From Cetorhinus maximus (taxonomy: Eukaryota), in NCBI RefSeq assembly GCF_964194155.1, contig NC_135887.1:24056001-24120000 (forward strand): 64,000 bases of DNA. Reading direction: 5' to 3'. The notes under the pieces are model-generated. The model worked only from the letters and a program-made list of their open reading frames with translations. It was not told the origin of the DNA and searched no databases. The translations under genes were made by a program, and so were the position numbers. Within the stretch, counting starts at the first letter, position 1; each line of letters starts with the position of its first letter. Of the stretch, positions 1 through 11,689 are shown piece after piece.

Positions 1-329
1 GAGAGAGAGAGAGAGAGAGGTGAATGTTTGAAATCTAGGTCCTGCTTCAGAATTTGAAATACCTCAAATATGTCTCTCATTCTCTAAACTTCTCCCCAGG
101 GTCACGACAGTGACATAGCCTTCTCAAACCCTAGATCCTCCCTCGACAGCAGGACTGTTCCAGAAAATACCATCCCGCCCCTGCCCAGGACACCCTCGTT
201 CACTTTTCCATCAACCCTCTTACCAGTGGCCCTCCATACTCCGCCGTGCAACTCCTGTATTTCGCCTGAGGAGAAAAGGCTTGTACAAGACACAAAGGGC
301 CAAATGGCCTCCTTCCGCGACATAATAAT

Positions 330-914
330 TAGTACCGCCCCCTCCTCCAGACCAGACGGCAGCACTACCTCCTCTCGCTCCTCCAGCCCAGGGGTCAGTA
401 CCGCCTCCTCCCACCCAGGGGGCAGTACCGCCTCCTCCAGCCCAGGGGGCAGTACCGCCTCCTCCAGCCCAGGGAACAGTACTGCCTCCTCCCCCTCCTC
501 CAGACCAGGGGGCAGCACCACCTCCTCCAGCCCAAGGGGTAGCACCGCCTCCTCCCACTCCTCCAGCCCAGGGGGCAGCACCACCTCCTCCCACTCTTCC
601 AGCCCGGGGGGGCAGCAATGCCTCCTCCAGACCAGTGAGTAGTAACACCTCCTGCTCCCACTCCTCCAGCCCAGGGGGCAGCAACGCCTCCTCCCGCTCC
701 TCCAGCCCAGGGGGCAGCACCGCTCCCTCCAGCCCAAGGGGTAGCACCGCCTCCTCCCACTCTTCCAGCCCAGGGGGCAGCACTGCCTCCTGCTCCTCCA
801 GCCCAGAGGGCAGCACAGCCTCCACCTCCCGCTCCTCCAGCCTAGGGGGCAGCACCGCCTCCTCCTCCTCCAGTCTATGGCAGCACCGCTTCCTGCTCCG
901 CCATCTCCTGCTCC
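330..914. repeat. Degenerate GC-rich minisatellite (27/36-bp units, core CTCCAGCCCAGGGGGCAGCACCGC), block 1
   Basis: Visible tandem units; reads (SSSPGGSTA)n on + and (LEExEEAVLPPG)n on -. Confidence 0.9.
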
Positions 915-2061
915 CCCTGATATATGAAGAACGGTAGCCAGCAAGAAAGAACAACTCCGTCAAACATCAGATGAGAGGCACTCTCTACATGGTCATACAC
1001 CTACACCCAGCTGCCTAAAGTCAAGGAAGAGCTTCATGAACATTGCTCCAGTGAAGCTCAATGCAAACTGGAGGAACAGCACTTCATCTTCCGACTAGGC
1101 ACTTTACAGCCTTCTGGACTGAATATTGAGTTCAACAATTTTAGATCATGAACTCTCTCCTCCATCCCCACCCCCTTTCCGATCCCCCCCTTTTTTTTCC
1201 AATAATTTATATAGATTTTTCTTTTCCCACCTATTTCCATTATTTTTAAATGTATTTCCATCCATTGTTTTATTTCTACTTTTTAGCCTATTTCGATTCC
1301 TTCACCCCACCCCACTAGGGCTATCTGTACCTTGCTTGTCCTGCTTTCTATCCTTAATTAGCACATTCCTTAGATAATATCACCACCTTCAACACCTCTT
1401 TGTCCTTTTGACTATGACATCTTTTGGCTATCTCCACCTATCACTGGCCCTCTATCCAGCTCTACTTGTCCCACCCCCCCTTAAACCAGCTTATATTTCA
1501 CCTCTCTTCTATTTTCACTTAGTTCTGTTGAAGAGTCATACGGACTTGGAAACATTAACTGTGTTCCTCTCCGCAGATGGTGTCAGACCTGCTGAGTTTT
1601 TCCAGGTATTTTTATTTTGGATTTCCAGCATCTGCAGTTCTTTTGCTTTTATCTTCATGAACAGTGTTGTTCCATTACAATCAACCCCATCTGAAGCCCA
1701 CATCGCCTTGTGGAAAGACTGGCTCGCCAGTCTCGAACAACCCCCAGCGATGGAAATTCTACCTGATGAAAGCCTTCCCCCATGAGCTAATTGCAATTGG
1801 GCAACCTGGAAGTGCCTTAACAGACTTAGGACTGGTGTAGGTCGTTCAAAGGTGCCACTAAGCAAATGGTGATATACAACCTGCCCGACAATTTGTGAAT
1901 GTGGAACTGAGCCACAGACTATGCAACATCTCCTGCAATGCCTATCGCTAGAGGAACCCTGCACTGTTGCAGATCTTGCCGAATTCAACAACAAGGCGCA
2001 AAAATATGTCCAGTTCTGGCTGGGCCATGTATAGACTGTCTGTGGACACGATAAGAAGATG
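915..2061 (+). mobile_element. 5'-truncated Vingi/Ingi-like LINE 3' end, interrupted by a PLE fragment
   Basis: Decayed frame GHTPTPSCLKSRKSFMN...WKCLNRLRTGVGRSK...CECGTEPQTMQHLLQC (C-terminal zinc-knuckle of I-group/Vingi LINEs), short AAG-rich tail, 12-bp flanking duplication. Confidence 0.7.
1043..1652 (+). mobile_element. Penelope-like element 3' fragment (GIY-YIG C-terminus plus pseudo-LTR)
   Basis: [26 protein letters not shown] frame; target duplication cttcatgaa(ca) at 1032 and 1653. Confidence 0.85.
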
Positions 2062-2207
2062 ATCTCCCGCTCCTCCAGCCTAGGGGGCAGCACCGCCTCC
2101 TCCTCAAGCCCAGGGGGCAGCACCTCCTCATGCTCCTCCAGCCTAGGGGGCAGCACTGCTTCCTGCTCCGCCATCTCCCGCTCCTCCAGCCTAGGGGGCA
2201 GCACCGA
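2062..2207. repeat. Same minisatellite, block 2, separated from block 1 by nested retroelements
   Basis: Same units; junction duplication atctcc(t/c)gctcc at 903-914 and 2062-2073. Confidence 0.88.
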
Positions 2208-2229
2208 TCTCACTGTTGCTCTGGGAGCA

Positions 2230-2560
2230 GTTATTTGTTTCGGCTGCTGACGCCAGGCGGAGTCACTGCGGATCGGAGCGCCGGTTAGTTATATTAATTT
2301 GGATAGTTATACTGGTCAGAAGACATTAGAACTGTTACCGATCAGTAGAAGCGGTAACACTGATTATCCGAAGCGGCTCCATCCTATCTGTTCGGCTGAG
2401 AGAGGAGGAGAGAAAAACAATAATGGCCGCAGCTCCAGCCGCTATGGAGACAGGTGAGGGGAAGCGGATGTAAATACTCATGTGACCAAATGTGGGGCGG
2501 AGGTGGGGATCAAGGGGCAACAGCGGGGCGGAAGTGAAGGTCCAACTGTTCCGGCTTGGT
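2230..2560. promoter_or_regulatory. CpG-rich MED31 promoter/first-exon region, possibly bidirectional
   Basis: Local CpG enrichment; YY1-like AATAATGGCCGC overlapping the ATG; GC boxes (ggggcgg) near 2494 and 2525; ETS-type GCGGAAGTG near 2529. Confidence 0.6.
2423..2453 (+). CDS. MED31: MED31 coding exon 1
   Basis: ATG GCC GCA GCT CCA GCC GCT ATG GAG ACA G|gtgagg; [10 protein letters not shown] resembles the vertebrate N-terminus; lies in a CpG-rich segment. Confidence 0.9.
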
Positions 2561-5500
2561 ACTAGGGGTGGGAAAGGGGTTGCTGCTATTTAATAGTGAA
2601 GTCGCTGACTCTGACTGGAATAATTAGAAATAGGAGGAGGCCATTCAGTGAGACCATGGTTGGTCAGTATCATAATTCCATTAAGATAAAAGCAAAATAC
2701 TGCAGATGCTGGAAATCTGAAACAAAAATAGCTGGAAAAACTCAGCAGGCCTGACATGACCAAAGGACCAAAACGCAGACTGGGTGACCGCTTTGCGGAA
2801 CACCTTCGGTCTGTCCGCAAGCATGACCCAGACCTCCCTGTCGCTTGCCATTTCAACACTCCACCCTGCTCTCATGCCCACATGTCCGTTCTTGGCCTGT
2901 CGCATTGTTCCAGTGAAGCTCAACGCAAACTGGAGGAACAGCACCTCATCTTCCGACTAGGCACTTTACAGCCTTCCGGACTGAATATTGAGTTCAACAA
3001 CTTCAGATCATGAACTCTCTCCTCCATCCCCACCCCCTTTCCAATCCCCCTTTTTCCAGTAATTTATAATTTTTTCAAAATATATTTTTCTTTTCCCACC
3101 TGTTTTTAAATTTATTTTGATCTATTGTTTTATTGCCACCTTTTAGCCCATTTCGATCCCTTCCCCCCACCCCATCCCCACTAGAGCCATCTGCCACTAA
3201 CTTGTCCTGCTTGCTACCCTTAATTTCCCCATTAGCACATTCCTTAGATAATATCACCACCATCAACAACACCCCTTTGTCCATTTGTCTATGACATCTT
3301 TCGCAATCTCTTCTTTGCCTTCACCTATCACTGGCCCCCACCCCCCTCAACCAGCTTATATTTCACCTCATTTCTCTATTTCCTTAGTTCAGATGAAGAG
3401 TCATACGGACTCGAAACGTCAACTGTATTCCTCTCTGCAGATGCTGTCAGGCCTGCTGAGTTTTTCCAGCTATTTTTTTTGTTTCATAATTCCATTACCT
3501 TGGCTCCATATCCCGGGGTGACCAACTGGAGGGTGAGGGGGGGGGGGCGGAAGGCTGGCATACCTGTCCATGCTCAAGGGGCTGAATGGCCTACTCCTCC
3601 TGATCAGTGCAAACCCGCATTTGTGAGCTGTGCGTGAATGAAATTTAAATATGTGAAAGACAGCATCCACGTATGGTACAACATGGGACAATAATGTTGA
3701 TTATGGGATGAACCTGTAAAACCTGTGACATTTGCTCACCCTGCCATATCCATTAATGCTCTTGACTAGTAAAGGTTTAGTCACCTTGAATATAAAATGA
3801 TTAATTGGACCCCAGAATCTACTGTATTGCCTTTTGTGGGAGAGAGTTTCAGCACTACCAGCCCTTGTATTAAGAAGTGTTTCCTAACTTCCCTCCTGAA
3901 TAGCTGGACTCAGATTTTAAGGTTATGCCCTGCCCCTTGCTCTAGACTCCCTCACATCCCAGATGAAAAATGTTTCTATCTATCTACCCTATCAATTCCT
4001 TTTAAAATCTTCAATCAAAATTGCCCCTTTAACATTTTATATTCCAGGAAATACAAATTATATAATCTAATCCTTATTCACTGGTTCCATTGCCCTGCCA
4101 TGCTCACTGATTAAACATCACCTCCCGTCCCCCTGTCCCCCATCCAGTGGCAGTTCTTTATGTGTGAGCCCTGCCACTAACATATTTGATCCTGGAAGGC
4201 ATCAGAACTGAGACTGACCTGATCTTCAGCTGATACACATGCACTCACACTGGCTGTCAGACCCTCAACACCACCAGAAGTTACAGGAGAGGGGACCTCC
4301 TGGCTGATTTCCTCTCCTCTAACCAGGCACTTTCAGACTAATTTGAGGTCTAGAGCTCAGGCTGAGGCTGGACATTCCTGCTCAGTTTGAGCACTGGAGT
4401 GATTTGGGTTGTCCACCACCCGCCCCCCCCCACCCCAGTCCAAGGGTAGGAATCATCGTTCTCCATCTGCTGGAACCCCATGTTGGGCTACATTGGTCAC
4501 AAAGCAAGGCGACAAAGTGGAACTTTCCGAATGCGTTCGTGGAGGAGGTGTGATCATCTCTTTAATGTTGGACTTTGCTTTGAAGTCTCGTGCCACAATT
4601 AAATTGCTTACCCATAATACACTGCCCTGCTGAGCTTCCTGAGTGCAAATTGACTGCTACACCACTGGCTACACTTCCAATGTATTTCATTGGCTGCAAA
4701 ATGCTTCAGGCTGTGAAAGTGCTACAGAAATGCAAGATTTTTCTTTATACATTCAAATAACTGAATTGGTTTGAAGTTAAATGGGATGGGCTGTTCCAAA
4801 CCTCCACCCCACTCTCCACAACTTGCAGCTGGTTTGACATCGAGCCTGATGCCAGCCTGTGGGCAAGCGGCTGCAACTGGGTAGGGTTTGACAGCTGCGA
4901 TTCCCTTTATTCACTGGCACGAGTTACGGCTCCACTAACAAGTATCCCCCTGCATTCCTGTTTAAATAATGAGAAAATAAACTTTCCTTTTCTTTTCTCC
5001 CCTTCTCTGGACTCAAGAGGAACAGTCGAAGCTGCGATTTCAGATGGAGCTGGAGTTTGTTCAGTGTCTGGCGAACCCAAACTACCTGAACTGTAAGTGT
5101 GTGCAGGAGCATTCTGGGAAATTGACAAGCTGCTGTTTGACACAATAATAGTGCAATTACCGGGCGCCATCCAATTACAGACAGGAATTGATCTCCTTTG
5201 TGCCGATCGGTAATACTGTCACACAGAGAGTGCCCATAATCAAATAACCAGACAAACCAGTAAAATACTGCAGATGCTGGAAATCTGAAACAAACAGAAA
5301 ATGCTGGAAAAACTCAGCAGGTCTAACAGCATCTGTGGAGAAAGAAACAGAGTTAACGTTTCGAGTCCGTATGACTCTTCTTCAGAGCTTAGACCAGTAA
5401 TACTGTCACACGGAGAGTGTCCATGATCAAACAATCAGATATCGGGCCTTGGGTGAGGAGGGGATTTGCAGAAGGAACTGAGCAATATGATGTTACCTAC

Positions 5501-6951
5501 TGCAAGCGCTTGATTTTGGTTAGAAGATTGAGGCTCAGCTTTACTAGTAGACGCACACGAGGAGAGTAACATTCCCAACTCCCTCAGGTGAAGTAACATC
5601 ACTGACAGTGAAACCGCCCCTCTCGGTTAGGTGTGCTGCTCTCTGGTTAAGAGTCCTCACTCTAACGATTGCTACCTGGAAAGAATTGGCAGGGGTGATA
5701 ACCCAATTCTTCATTTTCTTTTTGCAATACGGCAGTCCTAGCACAGCGAGGGTACTTCAGAGACCGAACATTTGTCAATTACTTCAAATATCTGCTGTAC
5801 TGGAAGGAGCCGGAGTATGCCAAGTACCTGAAGTAAGTGCCTGTACTCCGAGCAGGGCGTGCTCATCTGGGTGGGAGGATCGGTGTGGTTTTCCACTGTC
5901 ACAGGATCATTATCTAGGATACCCCCTACTGCCTAACCCCCATATTCTCCATTCCTCTTGATGTCATTCGTCCTTTGTTGGGGCAAGAAGCACTCATTGC
6001 CTTGCTCAGTTATTCATCTCCACTTGTCACTGTGAGGTTCAGAAGGGATAGGAGAAAAAGGAAGCTATTCAGCGCCTTGTGTCTATTCCACTTTTCAGTT
6101 AAATCATGGCTGCCCTTCAGCAGAGCTAGATATGGAGTAAAGCTCCCTCTACACTGTCCCCATCAAACACTCCCAGGACAGGTACAGCACGGGGTTAGAT
6201 ACGGAGGAAAGCTCCCTCTACACTGTCCCCATCAAACACTCCCAGGACAGGTACAGCACAGGGTTAGATACAGAGTAAAGCTCCCTCTACACTGTCCCCA
6301 TCAAACACTCCCAGGACAGGTACAGCACGGGGTTAGATACAGAGTAAAGCTCCCTCTATATAGTCTTCATCAAACACTCCCAGGACAGGTACAGCACGGG
6401 GTTAGATACAGAGTAAAGCTCCCTCTACACCGTCCTCATCAAACACTTCCAGGACAGGTACAGCACAGGGTTAAATACAGAGTAAAGCTCCTTTTCACCT
6501 ACAAAATTTGCTCCCATTTCTTAATGCTCCTCTGCTCCCTCCCATCTCTCTGTCTCTCCCTGTTTACAGGTATCCCTAATGCTTTCATAAGCACTCTGTC
6601 CCTCTCCCACTCTCCTGCAAGTTTCCCCAAACCATCCACAAGTTCCCTCCCCCTTCCCTGCTCTGTGCCCCACTCTTCCCCCTCACCTGTGCCCACACCC
6701 TGCACTCTTCCAGGATACCTCTCTGTGTCCTCTGTCTCTCACTCTCTCTCTGCCACAGGTACCCCCAGTGCCTCCACATGTTGGAGCTGCTGCAGTACGA
6801 GCATTTCCGCAAGGAGTTGGTCAACGCACAGTGCGCCAAGTTCATCGATGAGCAGCAGCTACTGCACTGGCAACATTATTCAAGGAAACGGGTGAGGCTG
6901 CAGCAAGCATTGGCTGAACAGCAACAGCAGAACAACACGTCCAGCAAATGA
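2423..6951 (+). CDS. MED31: Mediator of RNA polymerase II transcription subunit 31, complete gene: join(2423..2453,5018..5092,5736..5832,6759..6951), 131 aa
   Basis: Spliced translation [131 protein letters not shown]; all introns GT-AG and phase-consistent (31+75+97+193=396 nt). Confidence 0.97.
2684..3483 (+). mobile_element. Penelope-like element, 5'-truncated, with inverted 5' pseudo-LTR piece (MED31 intron 1)
   Basis: GIY-YIG tail [17 protein letters not shown]...VACHFN...[10 protein letters not shown]; 2684-2757 is an inverted copy of the 3' end; 14-bp TSD tcataattccatta (2670-2683 and 3484-3497). Confidence 0.9.
3386..3424 (+). ncRNA. Hammerhead motif in PLE pseudo-LTR with one core substitution (CAGAUGA)
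   Basis: AGUU-CAGAUGA-A-GAGUC-auacg-GACUC-GAAA-CGUC-AACU; perfect stem I AGUU/AACU and GUC triplet. Confidence 0.6.
5018..5092 (+). CDS. MED31: MED31 exon 2
   Basis: Long polypyrimidine tract, aag| acceptor, [25 protein letters not shown], donor gtaagt. Confidence 0.95.
5263..5392 (-). mobile_element. Solo PLE pseudo-LTR fragment in MED31 intron 2
   Basis: Matches the 3' ends of the PLEs at 2684 and 53949; flanked by accagtaa duplication. Confidence 0.8.
5351..5389 (-). ncRNA. Minimal type-I hammerhead ribozyme motif with intact core
   Basis: AGCU-CUGAAGA-A-GAGUC-auacg-GACUC-GAAA-CGUU-AACU: CUGANGA and GAAA boxes, 5-bp stem II, palindromic ACGU stem III, GUU cleavage triplet; PLE pseudo-LTRs are known to carry such motifs. 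Confidence 0.75.
5736..5832 (+). CDS. MED31: MED31 exon 3
   Basis: cag| [33 protein letters not shown] |gtaagt. Confidence 0.96.
6127..6492. repeat. 69-bp minisatellite, about 5 units (MED31 intron 3)
   Basis: Unit AAAGCTCCCTCTACACTGTCCCCATCAAACACTCCCAGGACAGGTACAGCACGGGGTTAGATACAGAGT. Confidence 0.95.
6759..6951 (+). CDS. MED31: MED31 exon 4 (terminal coding exon)
   Basis: cag| [63 protein letters not shown], stop TGA 6949-6951. Confidence 0.96.
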
Positions 6952-7239
6952 GGGGACGGGTCTTCGGGAAGGGGGATGGTGGGGGAGGGGAAGATTCCCC
7001 CCAGCAGAGCATGGGGTCCCCAACCCGAGAAGATAATACATGGAAGTTTCCTCCAGTGTCGTTGAGGAGGTTCTGGGTGGGAAAGGACAATCCTTCCCCC
7101 GGCATTTCTGTTTCATGACAAACAAGATGGAATTGTCAGTCTTCAGACCTCCTGTTCAGGCCTGGCCAGGATGTTGTCAGTGCAGCAATGGAGTAGTCAC
7201 CTCTTGGACAGAAGAAACCAAATTCAGCTGGATTAATAC

Positions 7240-7342
7240 AGAAGTAAGATACTGTGGATGCCTAGAAATCTGAAATAAAAACAAAAAATGCCGCAAATAC
7301 ACAGCAGGTCTGGCAGCATCTGTGAAGAGAGAGACAGAATTA
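7240..7342 (-). mobile_element. Short PLE pseudo-LTR fragment downstream of the MED31 stop codon
   Basis: Similar to the aatactgcggatgctggaaatctgaaataaaaacag...caggtctggcagcatctgtg family. Confidence 0.7.
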
Positions 7343-7345
7343 GGT

Positions 7346-7575
7346 ACAGGTCTGTCACTGTATAACACTGGGGTACAGTACTGGTGGGGACAGGTCTGTC
7401 ACTGTATAACACTGGGGCACAGTACTGGTGGGGACAGGTCTGTCACTGTATAACACTGGGGTACAGTACTGGTGGAGATAGGTCTGTCACTGTATAACAC
7501 TGGGGTACAGTACTGGTGGGGACAGGTCTGTCACTATAACACTGGGGTACAGTACTGGTGGGGACAGGTCTGTCG
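7346..7575. repeat. 44-bp minisatellite, about 5 units
   Basis: Unit CAGGTCTGTCACTGTATAACACTGGGGTACAGTACTGGTGGGGA. Confidence 0.93.
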
Positions 7576-8689
7576 CTGAGTAACTTTACTCACAATATGA
7601 TGAACAGTACAGTGTGCCTCGTGTTGCTGAGGGGTTGTTGGTTATCAGTAGATGCTGTCCCGAATCTCTTGTGTGACTTTGGTGGGGAATTGGTGAACTC
7701 TGAGAGAAACAGTTTAATGAAGGCTGTTTAGAGCTTTACTCTGGTTCACCCACCCAGTGTCCACCAGGAGATGGGAAAATTCAGGGCTGTGGGATTTGCT
7801 CAAGCAACTCACTTCTCTGCTGATTTTCATACATTGACTTATCCACAGTATTTCCAAAGTCATTTTTCAGATGTTTGAATCAAAGGGAGGTTTGTATCCA
7901 TGGCCCCTGTCATCATCGATCTGTAGCCACTGTTGTGTAGGGGAAATTTTAGTTTTTACTACCAAGAGAACAATCACAGGGGAATTTAAAAAACAGTATG
8001 TTTTTTTCTTTGATTACTTTTGCCTATTATTGATAAAAAAAATATTGGTGTTGTGTGGGGGAAAGGCTGTTTAACCAAGAGTCGAGACTCAACCAGTCAC
8101 ATCATGAAAACTCTGTTCCCTTTTTGATTGGCTGTGGGAAGGGCAGGGCATCGTGAGGATGGACCCTATCCCTAACCCAAGGGTTAGGATATCAGGCAAT
8201 CAATGGTGGGGGCTTTGGGGGGGGTGGTGGAGGGGGTGCAATTGAAGCTCATGTGACAAGAGCCATCCCAAAGCTCTTTGCAGACAATTCATTACTTTTC
8301 AATAGTAGTCACTATTGCAGATTAATCTTTAGCTCAGTTGAGAGGAGAGGGAATCTGTTTTCTCCGCTATGGAGTCAGGTTTAACCTTCTGTGTTTTACT
8401 TTATTTCAAGAATGTCATGAACTCCACATAGTTCCGTTAAGATCTTTCATTCATTTTCTGTTACTTTCTGAGTCATAAATATCTCACCTCACTGTCAGTA
8501 AATGTTCAACAGCAAAAGGTTGTTGTTTGGGATAAAATCTCAAGGAAGAAAAGTTATTGTTTCATTCGGTGAAAGTGTAGCTGAGCCAATGGGTGACATC
8601 ATCACAGGACTCAAGTTTGACTCACAACTGTGAACTCGAGAGAGACTTTTATGGAACTATGAGGAAGAAAAAAAAAACCGTGCCCTTTA

Positions 8690-9735
8690 AAAACTGACTT
8701 GATATTGGTGAAAGAAAGGAAATGACGGGTGTACTGAATGACTATTTTGCATCAGTATTTACAGTAGAGGAAGAGGTCAGTGTGCCAGACATCCCCAGGA
8801 AACTAATATTGCATCAGTGACAGTGGCCCTCTGCACTTAACATATAATATCAGTAATAAAGAAAATAATGGCAGTAAAGAGTGAGAGATCCCCAGGACTA
8901 GTTGGTTTATATCCTAGGGATTTAAAGGAAGTAGCTGAGAACATTGTAGATGGCCTAGCTATAATCTTCTCAAGTTCTCTTATCCTTTTAATTGGAAAGT
9001 TGCGAAAGTCCCTCCACTATTTAAGGAAATGAGAGAGGAAGACCAGGTAATTATAGAGCAGTTGGCCTAACAACTGGTGTCAGGTCATTATTACAGTCTA
9101 AATAAGGAAGGAATAACTTGAAAATTTTCAGCTGATTGGAGAGAATCAGTATGGATTTGTAGGTCATGCCTGTCAAACCTGATTGGATTTTTGAACAAAT
9201 GTTTAAAGTAGTGGACAGAGGAATGTCTATGGATGTTGTTTATATGGACAGAGTTCCCAAGAAGAGACTGCTAGCTAAAGTTGAAGCTCACAGGATTGAA
9301 AGCAAACTATTAACCTGGCTCGGAAATTGGCTGAGCCACAGGAGACAGAGTAGGGATGCTGGACAGATCCCCTAATGGGCAGAATGTGACCAGTGGTGTC
9401 CCACAAGGATCTGTGTTGGGACTTCAACTAGTCAAAGACCACACCTGGAGTTACTGTGAACAGTTCTCGGGAAGGATATATTAGCCTTGAAGTGCAGTGT
9501 ATATTTATCAGAATGATACCTGGAATCCATGAGTTAAATTATGAGGAGAGATGTGGTTGTATTCCTTGAAATTTAGAAGTTTAAAGGGTGGTTTTATCAA
9601 GGTTATCAAGATGCTAAGAGCAACTAATAGGGTTAATAGAGAGAAACCATTTCTACTGGTTGGGAAGTCTAAGACGAAAGGATGTAGCTTAAACATTAGA
9701 GCCTTTGGTAATGAAATTGGGAAACGCCTCTGAGA
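8690..9735 (+). mobile_element. Decayed CR1/L3 LINE (ORF2 remnants)
   Basis: Remnant motifs DVVYMD, NWLSHRRQ, SGVPQGSVLG, LKGGFIKVIK. Confidence 0.8.
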
Positions 9736-9959
9736 CAGGGGTGGGATTGTGGATTTGGCGGGGGAGTGTGGGATGGGCTTGCAATTACCACTTCACTCAC
9801 ATCGTGCAGTATTTAGAGCCCTCGTCGGCAGTCCCTCACAATTGAGGAGACACCCGTCAGGCTTGGTGAAACTTCAGATGATTGAGGAGCCCAATTCTGG
9901 ATCAAATCTCCCGGTCATTGGGCTCCCTGGGTGTCGAACTTGTGCTGACCCTCATCTTT

Positions 9960-10965
9960 ATTTTTAACCATTCATGGGATGTGGGCTTCACTGGCTGAGT
10001 CAGCATTTATTGCCCATCCCTAGTTGCCCTTGAGAAGGTGGTGGTGAGCTGCCTTCTTGAACTGCTGCAGTCCCTGTGGTGTAGGTACACCCACAGTGCT
10101 GTTAGGGAGGGAGTCCCAGGATTTTGACCCAGCGACAGTGAAGGAACGGCGATATATTTCCAAGTCAGGATGGTGAGTGACTTGGAAGGGAACTTCCAGG
10201 TGGTGGTGTTCCCATGTGTCTGCTGCCCTTGTCCTTCTAGATGGTGCTGGTCGTGAGTTTAGAAGGTGCTGTCTAAAGAGCTTTGGTGAGTTCCTGCAGT
10301 GCATCTTGTAGATGGTACAAACTGCTGCCACTGTTCAGTGGAGGAGGGAGTGAATGTTTGTGGATGGGGTGCCCATCAAGTGGGCTGCTTTGTCCTGGAT
10401 GGTGTCAAGCTTCTTGAGTATTGTTGGAGCTGCACTCATCCAGGCAAGTGGGGAGTATTCCATCACACTCCTGACTTGTGCCTTGTAAATAGTGGACAGG
10501 CTTTGGGGAGTCAGGAGGTGAGTTACTCATCACAGGATTCCTAGCCTCTGACCTGCTCTTGTAGCCACAGTATTTATACGTGTGGTCCAGTTCAGTTTCT
10601 GGTCAATGATAACCTCCAGGATGTTGATAGTGGGGGATTCAGTGATGGTAAAGCCATTGAACATCAAGAGGCGATGGTTAGATTCTCTCTTGTTGGAGAT
10701 GGTCATTGCCTGGCACTTTGGTGAGAAAGTTACTTGCCACCAGTCAGCCCAAGCCTGTATGTTGTCCAGGTCGTGCTGCATTTGGACATGGACTACTTCA
10801 GTATCTGAGGAGTCATGAATGGTGTTGAACATTGTGCAATTGTCAGTGAACATCCCCACTCCTGACCTTATGATGGAAGGAAGGTCATTGATGAAACAAC
10901 TGAAGATGGTTGGTCCTAGGACACTACCCTGAAGAACTCCTGCAGGGATGTCCTGGAACTGAGAG
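9960..10965 (-). mobile_element. CR1-group LINE 3' portion ('HHLLKGN' family)
   Basis: RT remnant GVLQGSVLGPTIFSCFINDLP...MFTDNC; C-terminus [11 protein letters not shown]; A-rich tail at left. Confidence 0.85.
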
Positions 10966-11689
10966 TTTAATACCGGTAATAGGTATGGCACCAGCACAGG
11001 AGTATGATAGTGATAATGTTATTGGACTACTAAGCCAGAGGCCTGAACTAATGACTTTGAGAGTTCAAATCCTACCATTGCAGCTGTAGAATTTGAGATT
11101 CAATTAAACAAATCTGGAATTGATAAGCTTGTATCAGCAAAACTCAAATTCTGTGAATGAATTTTTAAAAAATCATTCCTCTCTCCTCACCTTTCAAATT
11201 CCTTCACATCCAATGAATTAATTTGAATCCAGTAGTTGTTGCTATGTGGCAGCCATTTTGAATCAAGCAAAACCCCACGAGCAACACTGAGCTGAATGTG
11301 GATTTTCGGTTAAGTGGGGCATGTTGGTCAGGACATAAAGAAGAATTAGAATGACTATTAATCACATCAGTTTTATATCAATAAGCAGAAACTCTATGGA
11401 AGCATAGGGCAGGTAAACCCAGAGATATCAACACCTCTTTCACACTTTTTAGCACTTGATATAACTACACATCTGGAACCCAGTGCATGTTTAAAAGATT
11501 AACAGAGAACGAGAAACCTTAAAGGGTTTCAAGAAGGAACTGAGCAGGCTATTTGTTAACAACTGGGATTTCAGATTATTTGAGATGCACCAATATGGGG
11601 CTTGATAACCCTCCAGCATTGCCCTAGAGTTTCCAGGAATTGGGCATAAATCTCCCGGAGACTGTTGTGGGAATAAGTATCATCAGGTA

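Noticed and set aside
250-330. Resemblance of ISPEEKRLVQDTKGQ to the start of a YqaJ-like nuclease domain
   Set aside because: Only a few residues match and the expected downstream W/R/TAS motifs are absent.
5975-6895. 306-aa ORF with [23 protein letters not shown] repeats
   Set aside because: Stop-free frame of the 69-bp minisatellite within MED31 intron 3; it overlaps exon 4 out of frame.
11000-11140. tRNA gene
   Set aside because: Only degenerate A/B-box-like SINE heads are present (also about 29090-29147); no cloverleaf could be formed.
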